In this document: in pieces, positions 8,688 through 16,149 of the stretch
How the letters are laid out: the number at the start of each line of letters is the position of its first letter
Numbering within the stretch: position 1 is the first letter of the stretch
Assembly: GCA_964654855.1 (NCBI GenBank)
Contig: CAZZJS010000001.1
Location: forward strand, 299,899 to 363,898
From: an uncultured Rickettsiales bacterium
GTDB taxonomy: Bacteria; Pseudomonadota; Alphaproteobacteria; Rickettsiales; JALZUV01
Direction of reading: 5' to 3'
DNA: 64,000 bases
Program-made: the position numbers and the translations under genes
The notes under the pieces: model-generated
Databases searched by the model: none
The model's input: only the letters and a program-made list of their open reading frames with translations
What the model was told of the DNA's origin: nothing

Positions 8688-8888
8688 ATGGAGCATCTTT
8701 CATTCAACCGGTTGTTAATGCATCAAACCCTCATTGTGCATGAGTTGGGTGGCTTTATGAATGATAAACTCTACCTCCCACAGCCTCGTGAGCTTCTATT
8801 ATTAGATGGAGTTCGCTCTCGTAGTGAAGAGACTGAGCAGCTTTGTGCTCAGCTTAAAGACGAATTTTGGCGGCGTATGTCGAGCTAG
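8688..8888 (+). CDS. Questionable small ORF (66 aa, or 43 aa from the internal MNDKLY start)
   Basis: Only an open frame in a 250-nt gap. No recognisable motif or convincing RBS. Listed for completeness. Confidence 0.2.
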   Translation: MEHLSFNRLLMHQTLIVHELGGFMNDKLYLPQPRELLLLDGVRSRSEETEQLCAQLKDEFWRRMSS

Positions 8889-8902
8889 CTATAATAGGGG
8901 GC

Positions 8903-9670
8903 TTATGCCTCGACAACGGCCTTCATGCTTTTTGCTTGATCAATCCAGCTATTAACACTGTCAGTAGAAGGTACTTCTGGTGCGATAGAGCGCTTGCCAG
9001 CTGTATTGGTTTCTTCCATTTTTGTGATGAAACTGCTGCTATCTTGCTTGGCTAGGTCAGCTACGGTTTTAAGGCCGCTCTTATGCATTAGCTCTGCAGC
9101 TTGATGATCAACGCCATCGACACGCAATAAGTCTGACATGCTTGCCCAGCTATCAACCATTTTAGGGCGGACGGCAATTTTTGCGGCAATGGAAGAACGC
9201 TGAGAGGCAAGGTGACCATTCTTAAGGAAATCAGCAATTGTGTTAATGTTAATATCACGCAGAGCGATACCTGTTTTAGGGCCAACACCTTCTAATGTTT
9301 CAATTTCATAGCCTTTACCATTTAGGTTCACAGCCGTGTCCAAATCCACATCGCCAGTTACTTGTGCAGCTGCTGGCTTGCTTGGCGGTGGCGGAGGTGG
9401 AGTTGCCACACTTGCTTCCTTTTTAACCGGAGGAGGTGGCGGAGGAGGTGTTTGTGTGGTTCCTGCTGCAAAGCTAGTGGTTGATTTGCTTGGTAAAGGA
9501 GCGGGCGGAGTCTCTTTAAGAGGCGTAGGTTTTACAGGGTTAACCTGTACGGTTTTTTGTTCATGAGTGTTTTTCGAACAACTCGCTCTGCCCAATAGCC
9601 AGCCTAATAACAGGCCGAGCAGAAAGGCAATCAAAAGGCAGAAGAGGATTTGTAAAATCAGGTAAGTCAT
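8903..9670 (-). CDS. Membrane-anchored proline-rich protein with C-terminal DUF4332-like helix-hairpin-helix region
   Basis: N-terminal TM segment ILQILFCLLIAFLLGLLLGWLL. PPPPPPP tracts. LEGVGPKTGIALRDININTIADFL and LLRVDGVDHQAAELMHKSGLKTVADL resemble DUF4332 repeats. Confidence 0.65.
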   Translation of the reverse strand: MTYLILQILFCLLIAFLLGLLLGWLLGRASCSKNTHEQKTVQVNPVKPTPLKETPPAPLPSKSTTSFAAGTTQTPPPPPPPVKKEASVATPPPPPPSKPAAAQVTGDVDLDTAVNLNGKGYEIETLEGVGPKTGIALRDININTIADFLKNGHLASQRSSIAAKIAVRPKMVDSWASMSDLLRVDGVDHQAAELMHKSGLKTVADLAKQDSSSFITKMEETNTAGKRSIAPEVPSTDSVNSWIDQAKSMKAVVEA

Positions 9671-9680
9671 AAATTTTCCC

Positions 9681-10421
9681 TTATTCTATCGGTAGAACGT
9701 TAAATTCGATACGACGGTTTTTGGCGCGACCGTCTTTTGTTTCATTTGAAGCAATCGGATTATTTGAGCCATTGCCAATGGCTTCAATTGCTTGTGGAAT
9801 TTTTGCTGTTTCGCGCAGGTAAGTGGCTACAGATTCAGCACGTGCCTGACTAATGCGCTTATTAGTGGCTTGAGAGCCGGTATTATCTGTATAACCGTTA
9901 GCCACAATACGAGACTCAGGACAGTTCTTTGCCGTTTCACCAATCTGCTTGAGCAATTCAATACTCTTAATATTGATTTGTGCGCTTCCCGAAGCGAATT
10001 GGATAGTCTTGCCTTGCATCAAATGGGCTAGGTCGTCTTCACATTGTTTGTTAACTTCTTCAACTGTGATTTCTGGTGCTACAATTGCTTCCACAATTTC
10101 TTCTTCTTGAATAACGGGCTCTGGCTCTGGTGCAGGTGGCGTCGCAACAAGAATTTTATTTTTGACGGTGCGAACCCCTTCAACATTACGAGCTATTTTT
10201 TCAGCCTTTAATTTTTCTTCAGCGGTTTCTACAATGCCAGATAGAGTGATGTCACGTCCGTCAATTGTGCTGTTAATTTTAGAAAGTTGTTGTGCATCAA
10301 GCGCCGCTTCAGTGCGCGTCTGAACATCGACAGGGATTTCTTGAATGTGCTTCTTAACGCATAAGTAAGCAAGGATGATCGCAACGATAATACCAAAAAA
10401 GAGGATTAATGCTCGGCTCAT
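9681..10421 (-). CDS. OmpA/MotB-family protein with N-terminal TM anchor and BON domain
   Basis: TM segment ALILFFGIIVAIILAYL. BON-like AEKIARNVEGVRTVKNKILV. OmpA_C-like motif: VANGYTDNTGSQATNKRISQARAESVATYL...NRRIEF. Confidence 0.8.
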   Translation of the reverse strand: MSRALILFFGIIVAIILAYLCVKKHIQEIPVDVQTRTEAALDAQQLSKINSTIDGRDITLSGIVETAEEKLKAEKIARNVEGVRTVKNKILVATPPAPEPEPVIQEEEIVEAIVAPEITVEEVNKQCEDDLAHLMQGKTIQFASGSAQINIKSIELLKQIGETAKNCPESRIVANGYTDNTGSQATNKRISQARAESVATYLRETAKIPQAIEAIGNGSNNPIASNETKDGRAKNRRIEFNVLPIE

Positions 10422-10601
10422 TTACCTATTCCTGTCCTGTAGTGAAACTTCTTATTTTCAGCTTGTTAGCATACTCTTTTTACAATGCATAATGATTTTG
10501 CGAAAAAGTTTTCTTTGCGTGAGGGGTAAAATACTCTAATGCTGTTGCAGAAGTTTGCGGATTACCCGTGACTATAACTACCGCAGTAAAGGATTTTTAA
10601 T

Positions 10602-10814
10602 ATGGCTACGGGTACAGTAAAATGGTTTAACCCAACTAAGGGTTACGGTTTCATCACTCCAGACGAGGGCGAAGGCGATGTGTTTGTTCACATTAGCGCT
10701 GTCGAAAAAGCAGGTCTACGTGGCTTGGATGAAGGACAGAAGATTTCTTTCGAAGTGGAAGAGAACCGCGGTAAAGAAGCGGCAGCTCAGCTTGAATTGG
10801 TTGAAGCAGCTTAA
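10602..10814 (+). CDS. cspA: Cold-shock protein (CspA family)
   Basis: 70 aa. [15 protein letters not shown] (RNP1) and VFVHISA (RNP2). Confidence 0.9.
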   Translation: MATGTVKWFNPTKGYGFITPDEGEGDVFVHISAVEKAGLRGLDEGQKISFEVEENRGKEAAAQLELVEAA

Positions 10815-10835
10815 TTCGCTTACTTTTTGATTGAT

Positions 10836-10869
10836 AAAAACCCTTGGGGATTATTCTTCGAGGGTTTTT
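10836..10869. terminator. Bidirectional intrinsic terminator between convergent csp and lolA
   Basis: AAAAACCCT (10836-10844) pairs with AGGGTTTTT (10861-10869). An A-run lies upstream and a T-run downstream. It overlaps the last lolA codons. Confidence 0.55.
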
Positions 10870-11486
10870 TCTTGCCCAAAATCAGAGCCGAAGCGGTTTG
10901 ACTTTTTGTTCTTACCGCCAATGCGTGGGTCTTTAAATTTAAACACGGCATCTTCCAATGCTACATCCTCTTTCACATTCTCTAGCGTAATTTGTGTGAC
11001 GAGCTGCGTCGTATCCGTCACTACCAAATGTGTGAGCTGCATCGGGTTTTTCTTAAACACCATGCCAAGGCTACCTTGTTCAGGCGCATCTTTTTCTTCG
11101 AGCGTTACGGTGATAAAACCTTTCTCATCATAATGTTCAGACACCACTAAGTCAGAGCTCTCAAAATCAATATTTTGACGAGATAGAATGCCCAGAAGCG
11201 TATCATCCAACGGAATATCACTCACTTGATTGAGTTCATAATCATAATAAGTAAGGTAGTTGCCGCGTGTGACCATCAAGATTGGGGTAGGGGGATTATA
11301 CTGCCAGCGCATTTTTTTAGGACGTTTTAGCTGAAACTTACCTGTTGAAATCGTGCCATCCGGTGCGAGCTGTTTAAAATCAGCCACCATGGTTTTGAGT
11401 TCAGTGAGATAAGCCTCAACTGCTTGAATTGAGGCTTGTGCCTGAAAAGCAAAGCAAGAAATCAATAAAAATACACTAAGCCGCAT
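10851..11486 (-). CDS. lolA: Outer-membrane lipoprotein carrier protein LolA-like
   Basis: Signal peptide [18 protein letters not shown]. About 210 aa. Body resembles LolA (ADFKQ...[14 protein letters not shown]). Confidence 0.7.
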   Translation of the reverse strand: MRLSVFLLISCFAFQAQASIQAVEAYLTELKTMVADFKQLAPDGTISTGKFQLKRPKKMRWQYNPPTPILMVTRGNYLTYYDYELNQVSDIPLDDTLLGILSRQNIDFESSDLVVSEHYDEKGFITVTLEEKDAPEQGSLGMVFKKNPMQLTHLVVTDTTQLVTQITLENVKEDVALEDAVFKFKDPRIGGKNKKSNRFGSDFGQEKTLEE

Positions 11487-12687
11487 CTTTTGCTCCGTAG
11501 GTTGTGTCTACATATTCTACGACCATCTCTTGAAAATCCTTCGCTATAGTTTCACCACGCAGGGTTTTAACTTTCTTGCCATCTACAAAAACGGGAGCGG
11601 CGGGAGACTCGCCCGTGCCGGGTAGGCTTATACCGATATTAGCATGTTTGCTTTCGCCTGGGCCATTGACGATACAGCCCATCACAGCGACTTGCATCGT
11701 TTCTACTCCTTCATATTGCCCGCGCCATACAGGCATTTGATTGCGCAACCAGCCTTGAATATCATCCGCTAGCGACTGGAAGAAGGTACTGGTCGTGCGC
11801 CCGCAACCGGGGCAAGCGGTGACTTGTGGTGTGAAAGCGCGTAAGCCGAGCGCTTGTAAAAGCTCCTGACAAAGGGTGACTTCTGTAGTCCGGTCTCCGC
11901 CCGGTTCCGGCGTGAGCGAGGCGCGAATCGTGTCGCCAATGCCTTCTTGCAATAAGATACCGAGCGCAGCGCTAGAAGCGGTAATGCCTTTAACCCCCAT
12001 ACCAGCCTCGGTCAGGCCAAGATGGATAGGCCAATTACCTGCTTTGGCCAATGCACGGTTGGTGGCAATGAGTTCCTGCACCTTACTGATTTTAGCTGAA
12101 AGAATGATCTTATCTGACGGCATCCCAATCGCTTCGGCCATTTTTGCACTTTCTACGGCAGAGCGCACAAGGGCTTCACGCATCACTTCATCATTTGTTC
12201 GTGGGTTGCCTTCCGCCTGATTCTCGTCCATTACTTGGGCGAGCATTTGTTGGTCTAAGCTTCCCCAATTTACGCCGATACGTACGGGCTTATCGTAATG
12301 AATGGCCGCTTCAATCATCTGCTGGAATTGCGTGTCGCGTTTGTCTTTAAAGCCAACATTACCGGGGTTGATACGATATTTGCTGAGCGCTTTAGCCATT
12401 TCAGGATAATCTTTGAGCAAGCGATGGCCATTATAGTGAAAGTCGCCGATAAGTGGCGCGTCAATTCCGTGTTTGCGTAAAGCGGAAACAATCTCTGGCA
12501 CAGCTGCGGCAGATTCCTCACGATCAACGGTAATGCGGATAAGCTCAGATCCCGCTTCGGCAAGTTCGATACATTGCTGGATGGTAGATTTCGGATCGGC
12601 TGTATCCGTATTGGTCATAGATTGAACGACGACCGGAGCGCCTCCACCCACAGCGATCTCGCCAATTTTTACTAAATGCGTTACCAT
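11476..12687 (-). CDS. ispG: 4-hydroxy-3-methylbut-2-en-1-yl diphosphate synthase (flavodoxin)
   Basis: [22 protein letters not shown]..., CPGCGRT and [11 protein letters not shown] Fe-S motifs. The track ORF extends to 12795. I place the start at ATG 12687 (MVTHLVKIG). Confidence 0.9.
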   Translation of the reverse strand: MVTHLVKIGEIAVGGGAPVVVQSMTNTDTADPKSTIQQCIELAEAGSELIRITVDREESAAAVPEIVSALRKHGIDAPLIGDFHYNGHRLLKDYPEMAKALSKYRINPGNVGFKDKRDTQFQQMIEAAIHYDKPVRIGVNWGSLDQQMLAQVMDENQAEGNPRTNDEVMREALVRSAVESAKMAEAIGMPSDKIILSAKISKVQELIATNRALAKAGNWPIHLGLTEAGMGVKGITASSAALGILLQEGIGDTIRASLTPEPGGDRTTEVTLCQELLQALGLRAFTPQVTACPGCGRTTSTFFQSLADDIQGWLRNQMPVWRGQYEGVETMQVAVMGCIVNGPGESKHANIGISLPGTGESPAAPVFVDGKKVKTLRGETIAKDFQEMVVEYVDTTYGAKDAA

Positions 12688-13385
12688 GATGCCTTCCAAA
12701 TGGGGTAAGTTGCAGCGCTTTTCAAGAGAAATGATGGCTGAACCTCGCCTTTTGCAAAACAAGGAGCAAGGTTGCGTGATGGAATGTTTAAGCATGTCGC
12801 TTCTACATTATGTTTGACTGGTGCTGCACTGATTCTGGAAATCACCATATCTGGGGCTGTTTGCGTTATACTAGCCACCTGTTCAAATACAGGGATTGAG
12901 TCGATACGATACCATCCCCAAAAGCTCAGTAATGCGATGAAAACGAAAGCGGAAAGCCAAAGAGTTGCTCGTTCAGGGTTTTCGTGAGTGGAAACAATAT
13001 CGAGATATTCCAATTTAGAATCGACCTTGCCCTGAATGCGCTGACAGCATTGGGTTGCCTCCTCTGGTGAGAGTTTGAGATATTCTGCATATTGTCGTAA
13101 ATAGCCGCGCCCATAAGTTTCACCGGGCAATTTCTCCCAGTTGCCTGCTTCAATCGCTTCCAAAAATTCTAACTTTAGGCGTAAGTCAGCTGCCACGTGT
13201 GTTAGTTCAATCTTGTAAGCCTTGCGTACATCGCGCAGGATTTTTCCCAGCTGGGTTAAATCCTCCGCTCGCGCAAAAGGCGAGGTGTTAGATAAAGGGG
13301 TATCAAGCGTTTGATAAGCGACAGACATAAAAAGCAAGCTAGCAGGCGCAAGGGCGCTTGTCATTGAAGAGATAGGAGGAAGCAT
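12681..13385 (-). CDS. rodZ: RodZ-like HTH membrane protein (start uncertain)
   Basis: HTH_25-like [55 protein letters not shown], followed by a TM segment [18 protein letters not shown]. It lies immediately upstream of ispG, the classic rodZ-ispG arrangement. The 13385 ATG abuts a terminator T-tract, so the alternative starts at 13364 or 13328 are more likely. Confidence 0.6.
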   Translation of the reverse strand: MLPPISSMTSALAPASLLFMSVAYQTLDTPLSNTSPFARAEDLTQLGKILRDVRKAYKIELTHVAADLRLKLEFLEAIEAGNWEKLPGETYGRGYLRQYAEYLKLSPEEATQCCQRIQGKVDSKLEYLDIVSTHENPERATLWLSAFVFIALLSFWGWYRIDSIPVFEQVASITQTAPDMVISRISAAPVKHNVEATCLNIPSRNLAPCFAKGEVQPSFLLKSAATYPIWKASW

Positions 13386-13422
13386 AAAAAAAGAGCCTAC
13401 TGATTGCTCAATAGGCTCTTTT
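13385..13422 (-). terminator. Intrinsic terminator downstream of small gene A
   Basis: On the minus strand: AAAAGAGCCTA-ttgagcaatcag-TAGGCTCTTTTTTT. Up to 11 bp of stem and a 7-T run. Confidence 0.65.
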
Positions 13423-13433
13423 GGGGGTAGAGT

Positions 13434-13646
13434 TTATATTCTCGCTTGTGGCAATATAATTTCTACCTGGTCCCCAACTTTTAATTGGTGGGCTTTCATC
13501 TCCTCTGGTGTGAGGGTGATGGTGAGCGCGAAATGAGACTTTTTCTTGAGGGGTTTGTCTCCATTTATTAAAATGGATACCTCGTTTTGTTTTGACTGAG
13601 GAAGGGTTATTTTCCCTCCTGTGCCAATGATAGCTGTATGTTTCAT
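13434..13646 (-). CDS. Small protein A (70 aa), weak SpoVT/AbrB-MazE-like N-terminus
   Basis: MKHTAIIGTGGKITLPQSKQ...LKVGDQVEIIL. The G-x-G-x-I-x-LP pattern resembles the MazE/AbrB swapped-hairpin (K-x-W-G-N-S-x-A-V-R-I-P). It has its own promoter, leader and terminator. It aligns at roughly 25-30% identity (by eye) with small protein B. Confidence 0.55.
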   Translation of the reverse strand: MKHTAIIGTGGKITLPQSKQNEVSILINGDKPLKKKSHFALTITLTPEEMKAHQLKVGDQVEIILPQARI

Positions 13647-13669
13647 TTTGAAAGTTTTACGATGTTATT

Positions 13670-13805
13670 CTCGAATCAATGACTCTCGTCATTGGAGAGT
13701 GAACACCTAGTTAAGAAAAAATAAGTGAAAAAATCGATTTGATGTTAACAAAAAACTTCATGATTAACAACTGGCTGGGGCGTATTGTCATAAAAGTTTC
13801 ATATT
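13670..13805 (-). repeat. Copy A of the duplicated regulatory region (leader plus promoter plus upstream block)
   Basis: 13670-13708 is 39/39 identical to 14116-14154. The remaining ~95 nt are collinear with copy B at roughly 75-80% identity by eye (aataagtgaa, aatcg, caaaaaa, taacaa, tggctg, attgtcat, ttcatatt). Confidence 0.85.
13742..13770 (-). promoter_or_regulatory. Sigma70-like promoter of small gene A
   Basis: On the minus strand: TTGTTA (13770-13765), 17 nt, TAACAT (13747-13742). Copy B has the same architecture. Confidence 0.55.
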
Positions 13806-13819
13806 CTAGTATAAGGAAT

Positions 13820-13855
13820 AAAAAATGGCTTCTCCTTGCGGAAAAACCATTTTTA
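13820..13855 (-). terminator. Possible intrinsic terminator downstream of small gene B
   Basis: AAAAATGG...CCATTTTT outer arms with an imperfect inner stem (cttctccttgcggaa). T-run on the minus strand. AT-rich and imperfect. Confidence 0.4.
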
Positions 13856-13865
13856 AACTCTTCTA

Positions 13866-14090
13866 TTAGACAAAGCCTTGAGCTTCTCTTTGTCTAATAA
13901 AAATAGTTTCGCTTCTTGTGATGCCGAGGTTTTTTGCCTCGTCAGCATTCATAAAAATCGAGCAGTTTTCTCCTATATGAGAAAAAACTTTTGATCCATT
14001 GTGACTGATAGTCACGTATTGACCTTTAAACTCGCTGGGCAGCTGGATGCGATATCCACTACCCATCTTTTCAATCGTTGCTTTAATCAT
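13866..14090 (-). CDS. Small protein B (74 aa), SpoVT/AbrB-MazE-like N-terminus
   Basis: MIKATIEKMGSGYRIQLPSEFKGQYVTISHNGSKVF. This resembles MazE (VKRWGNSPAVRIPATL...VKIDLVDGKLII). It has its own promoter, leader and terminator. Confidence 0.55.
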   Translation of the reverse strand: MIKATIEKMGSGYRIQLPSEFKGQYVTISHNGSKVFSHIGENCSIFMNADEAKNLGITRSETIFIRQREAQGFV

Positions 14091-14115
14091 AGCGATCGTT
14101 TTTTATGGCATTCTA

Positions 14116-14246
14116 CTCGAATCAATGACTCTCGTCATTGGAGAGTGAACACCTGTGAAAGAATAAGTGAAGAATCGCGCGGATATTAGCAAAAAAGAAC
14201 TGAAATAACAATTGGCTGAGCCTGATTGTCATCAAATCTTCATATT
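14116..14246 (-). repeat. Copy B of the duplicated regulatory region
   Basis: See copy A. The identical 39-nt block is at 14116-14154. Similarity continues to the stop codon of the upstream NMO gene. Confidence 0.85.
14183..14211 (-). promoter_or_regulatory. Sigma70-like promoter of small gene B
   Basis: On the minus strand: TTGTTA (14211-14206), 17 nt, TAATAT (14188-14183). Confidence 0.6.
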
Positions 14247-15240
14247 AGCCAATAAAGCTATTTGCCTGTTCGACTAGCTCATCGACGATCTCTTGCATGG
14301 GTTGGATGCTTTTTACCATGCCAACCGATTGTCCCGCCATGACGGAGCCATTCTCGACATCACCGTCGACAACAGCTTTGCGTAATGCGCCTGCCCAGAA
14401 ATGTTCAATTTCTAACTGCGCTTCCATCTTATCTAACTCACCAGATTCATGGCGTTTGATGGTTTCAATTTGCATACGAGTGAAAGCATCTGTCGCTTTG
14501 TTTTCTAATGCGCGAACCGGGATGACAGGGAAGTCAGGATCGACCTGAACCGATGGAGTCGCGTTGCGCGCATGGCCTTTAATGAAGGCTTGTTTGAAAT
14601 TATCATGTGCGATGCATTCTTCGGCGCACACAAAACGGGTGCCGAGTTGAACGCCACTCGCGCCCATGCGCAAATATTCCACAATCGCTTCACCGCGACC
14701 AATGCCGCCTGCGACGAAAATAGGAACTTCGGTAATATGCGGTAGAATTTCTTGCGCGAGAATGCTGGTTGCAACAGGGCCAATATGGCCGCCGGCTTCC
14801 ATCCCTTCAATCACCAATGCATCAGCACCAGAGCGGATAAGCTTTTTCGCAATCACAAGGGCAGGGGCGAAGCAAATCACTTTCGCGCCGCCATCTTTAA
14901 TCGCCTTAATGGTAGTGCCTTTGGGCAGGCCGCCTGCTAGCACCACATGCGTTACCTTCGCATCGAGGCAGACTTGCACAAGTTCATCAAGCTGTGGGTG
15001 CATGGTGATAAGGTTCACACCAAAAGGTTTATCCGTCAGCGCTTGGGTGGCAGCGATTTCTTTTTCCAAAAGCTCAGGAGGCATAGAACCACAGGCGATT
15101 ACGCCAAAGGCGCCAGAGTTGCTCATGGCTGCTACCAAATTGCGCTCAGAAACCCAGCTCATCGCGCCGCCCATAATGGCATATTTGCTACCTAAAAAAT
15201 CCGTGCCGCGCTTCATGAGCGCTGATAAAGTATCTGTCAT
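14245..15240 (-). CDS. NAD(P)H-dependent flavin oxidoreductase (nitronate monooxygenase / FabK-like family)
   Basis: 331 aa. YAIMGGAMSWVS, GAFGVIA and VAGGIGRGEAIVEYLRMGASGVQLGTRF are typical of the NMO/2-nitropropane dioxygenase TIM-barrel family. Confidence 0.8.
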   Translation of the reverse strand: MTDTLSALMKRGTDFLGSKYAIMGGAMSWVSERNLVAAMSNSGAFGVIACGSMPPELLEKEIAATQALTDKPFGVNLITMHPQLDELVQVCLDAKVTHVVLAGGLPKGTTIKAIKDGGAKVICFAPALVIAKKLIRSGADALVIEGMEAGGHIGPVATSILAQEILPHITEVPIFVAGGIGRGEAIVEYLRMGASGVQLGTRFVCAEECIAHDNFKQAFIKGHARNATPSVQVDPDFPVIPVRALENKATDAFTRMQIETIKRHESGELDKMEAQLEIEHFWAGALRKAVVDGDVENGSVMAGQSVGMVKSIQPMQEIVDELVEQANSFIG

Positions 15241-15322
15241 AAGTTCTTCCTAGCGGGTTGTGAGGGCTCGCACAGTAAAATTATGCTACACTAGGGGGTG
15301 TTTTCGGTGTAAAACCATCCGC

Positions 15323-16135
15323 ATGTATCGAAATAACTATAGACAACATGGCCGTTCAATTGGTCGCGGTGGGTTGAAGATTCGTCTGCTTATAGGCCTT
15401 GCATTGGCCGGGTGGGCAGTGCTTTCCTATTTTGGTTCAAGCGAATATAACGAAATTACGGGCGAGAATCAGCGTGTGGCGATGTCGCCCGATCAAGAAA
15501 TTGCACTTGGTTTGCAGTCCGCACCACAAATGGCACAGCAACATGGGGGGCTGCATCCTGATTCACGTGCGCAGCAACATATTGATGATATAGGAGCGCG
15601 TTTGGTGAAGCGTAGTGCCGCGCGTGATACGGGCTGGAATTGGGAGTTTCACCTGCTACGCGATTCTGACACAGTCAACGCCTTTGCCCTTCCGGGTGGG
15701 CAGATATTCATTACAGCGGCGCTTTATAAGCGTTTAAAAACCGATGATCAGGTAGCTGGAGTGTTGGGTCATGAGATTGGCCATGTGATCGCACGTCATG
15801 GTGCAGAACATCTGGCAAAACAACAATTGACGCAAGGGCTTACCGGTGCCGCAACAGTAGCAGGCGGCAGTCAGGGAATTGGACGTATGGCGCAGATGGT
15901 TGGCTCCATGGTGAATATGAAATATGGCCGTGAAGATGAGTTGGAATCTGATAAACTTGGCGTACGTTTTATGGCGGAGGCGGGTTATAACCCCGTCGCG
16001 CTGATTCGTGTAATGGAGATTCTGGCGGAAGCATCCGGCGGAGCTTCTCGCCAACCAGAATTTTTCAGTACCCACCCCAATCCCGAAAACCGGATTGAGC
16101 GTATCAAGGAAGAAATCGCGAAATATCGCGGCTAA
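15323..16135 (+). CDS. M48 family zinc metallopeptidase
   Basis: HEIGHVIARH (HExxH), N-terminal TM segment LLIGLALAGWAVL, and FSTHPNPENR at the C-terminus. The track ORF begins at 15260. ATG 15323 (MYRNNY) is the more likely start. Confidence 0.8.
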   Translation: MYRNNYRQHGRSIGRGGLKIRLLIGLALAGWAVLSYFGSSEYNEITGENQRVAMSPDQEIALGLQSAPQMAQQHGGLHPDSRAQQHIDDIGARLVKRSAARDTGWNWEFHLLRDSDTVNAFALPGGQIFITAALYKRLKTDDQVAGVLGHEIGHVIARHGAEHLAKQQLTQGLTGAATVAGGSQGIGRMAQMVGSMVNMKYGREDELESDKLGVRFMAEAGYNPVALIRVMEILAEASGGASRQPEFFSTHPNPENRIERIKEEIAKYRG

Positions 16136-16149
16136 AAAATCAAGAGTGG

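Noticed and set aside
9336-9566. Plus-strand ORF encoding poly-Gly (GGGGGG) and G-rich DNA tracts. I considered these as a possible G-quadruplex or repeat element.
   Set aside because: It is simply the complement of the CCN proline codons of the minus-strand proline-rich DUF4332 protein.
11476-12795. N-terminal extensions in the track for ispG (to 12795), hisC (to 18548), thiC (from 30929), purK (from 29074), metX (from 19115), M48 (from 15260), pyrE (from 24833), chorismate mutase (to 19170) and DUF465 (from 27609)
   Set aside because: The extensions have no homology-like content and overlap upstream genes. Internal ATGs give N-termini that match the canonical family starts, so I used the shorter coordinates.
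14666-15253. 195-aa plus-strand ORF in the supplied track
   Set aside because: It lies entirely antisense to the well-supported NMO-family gene (14245-15240). It has an Ala/Pro/Ser/Thr-rich shadow-frame composition and no motifs.
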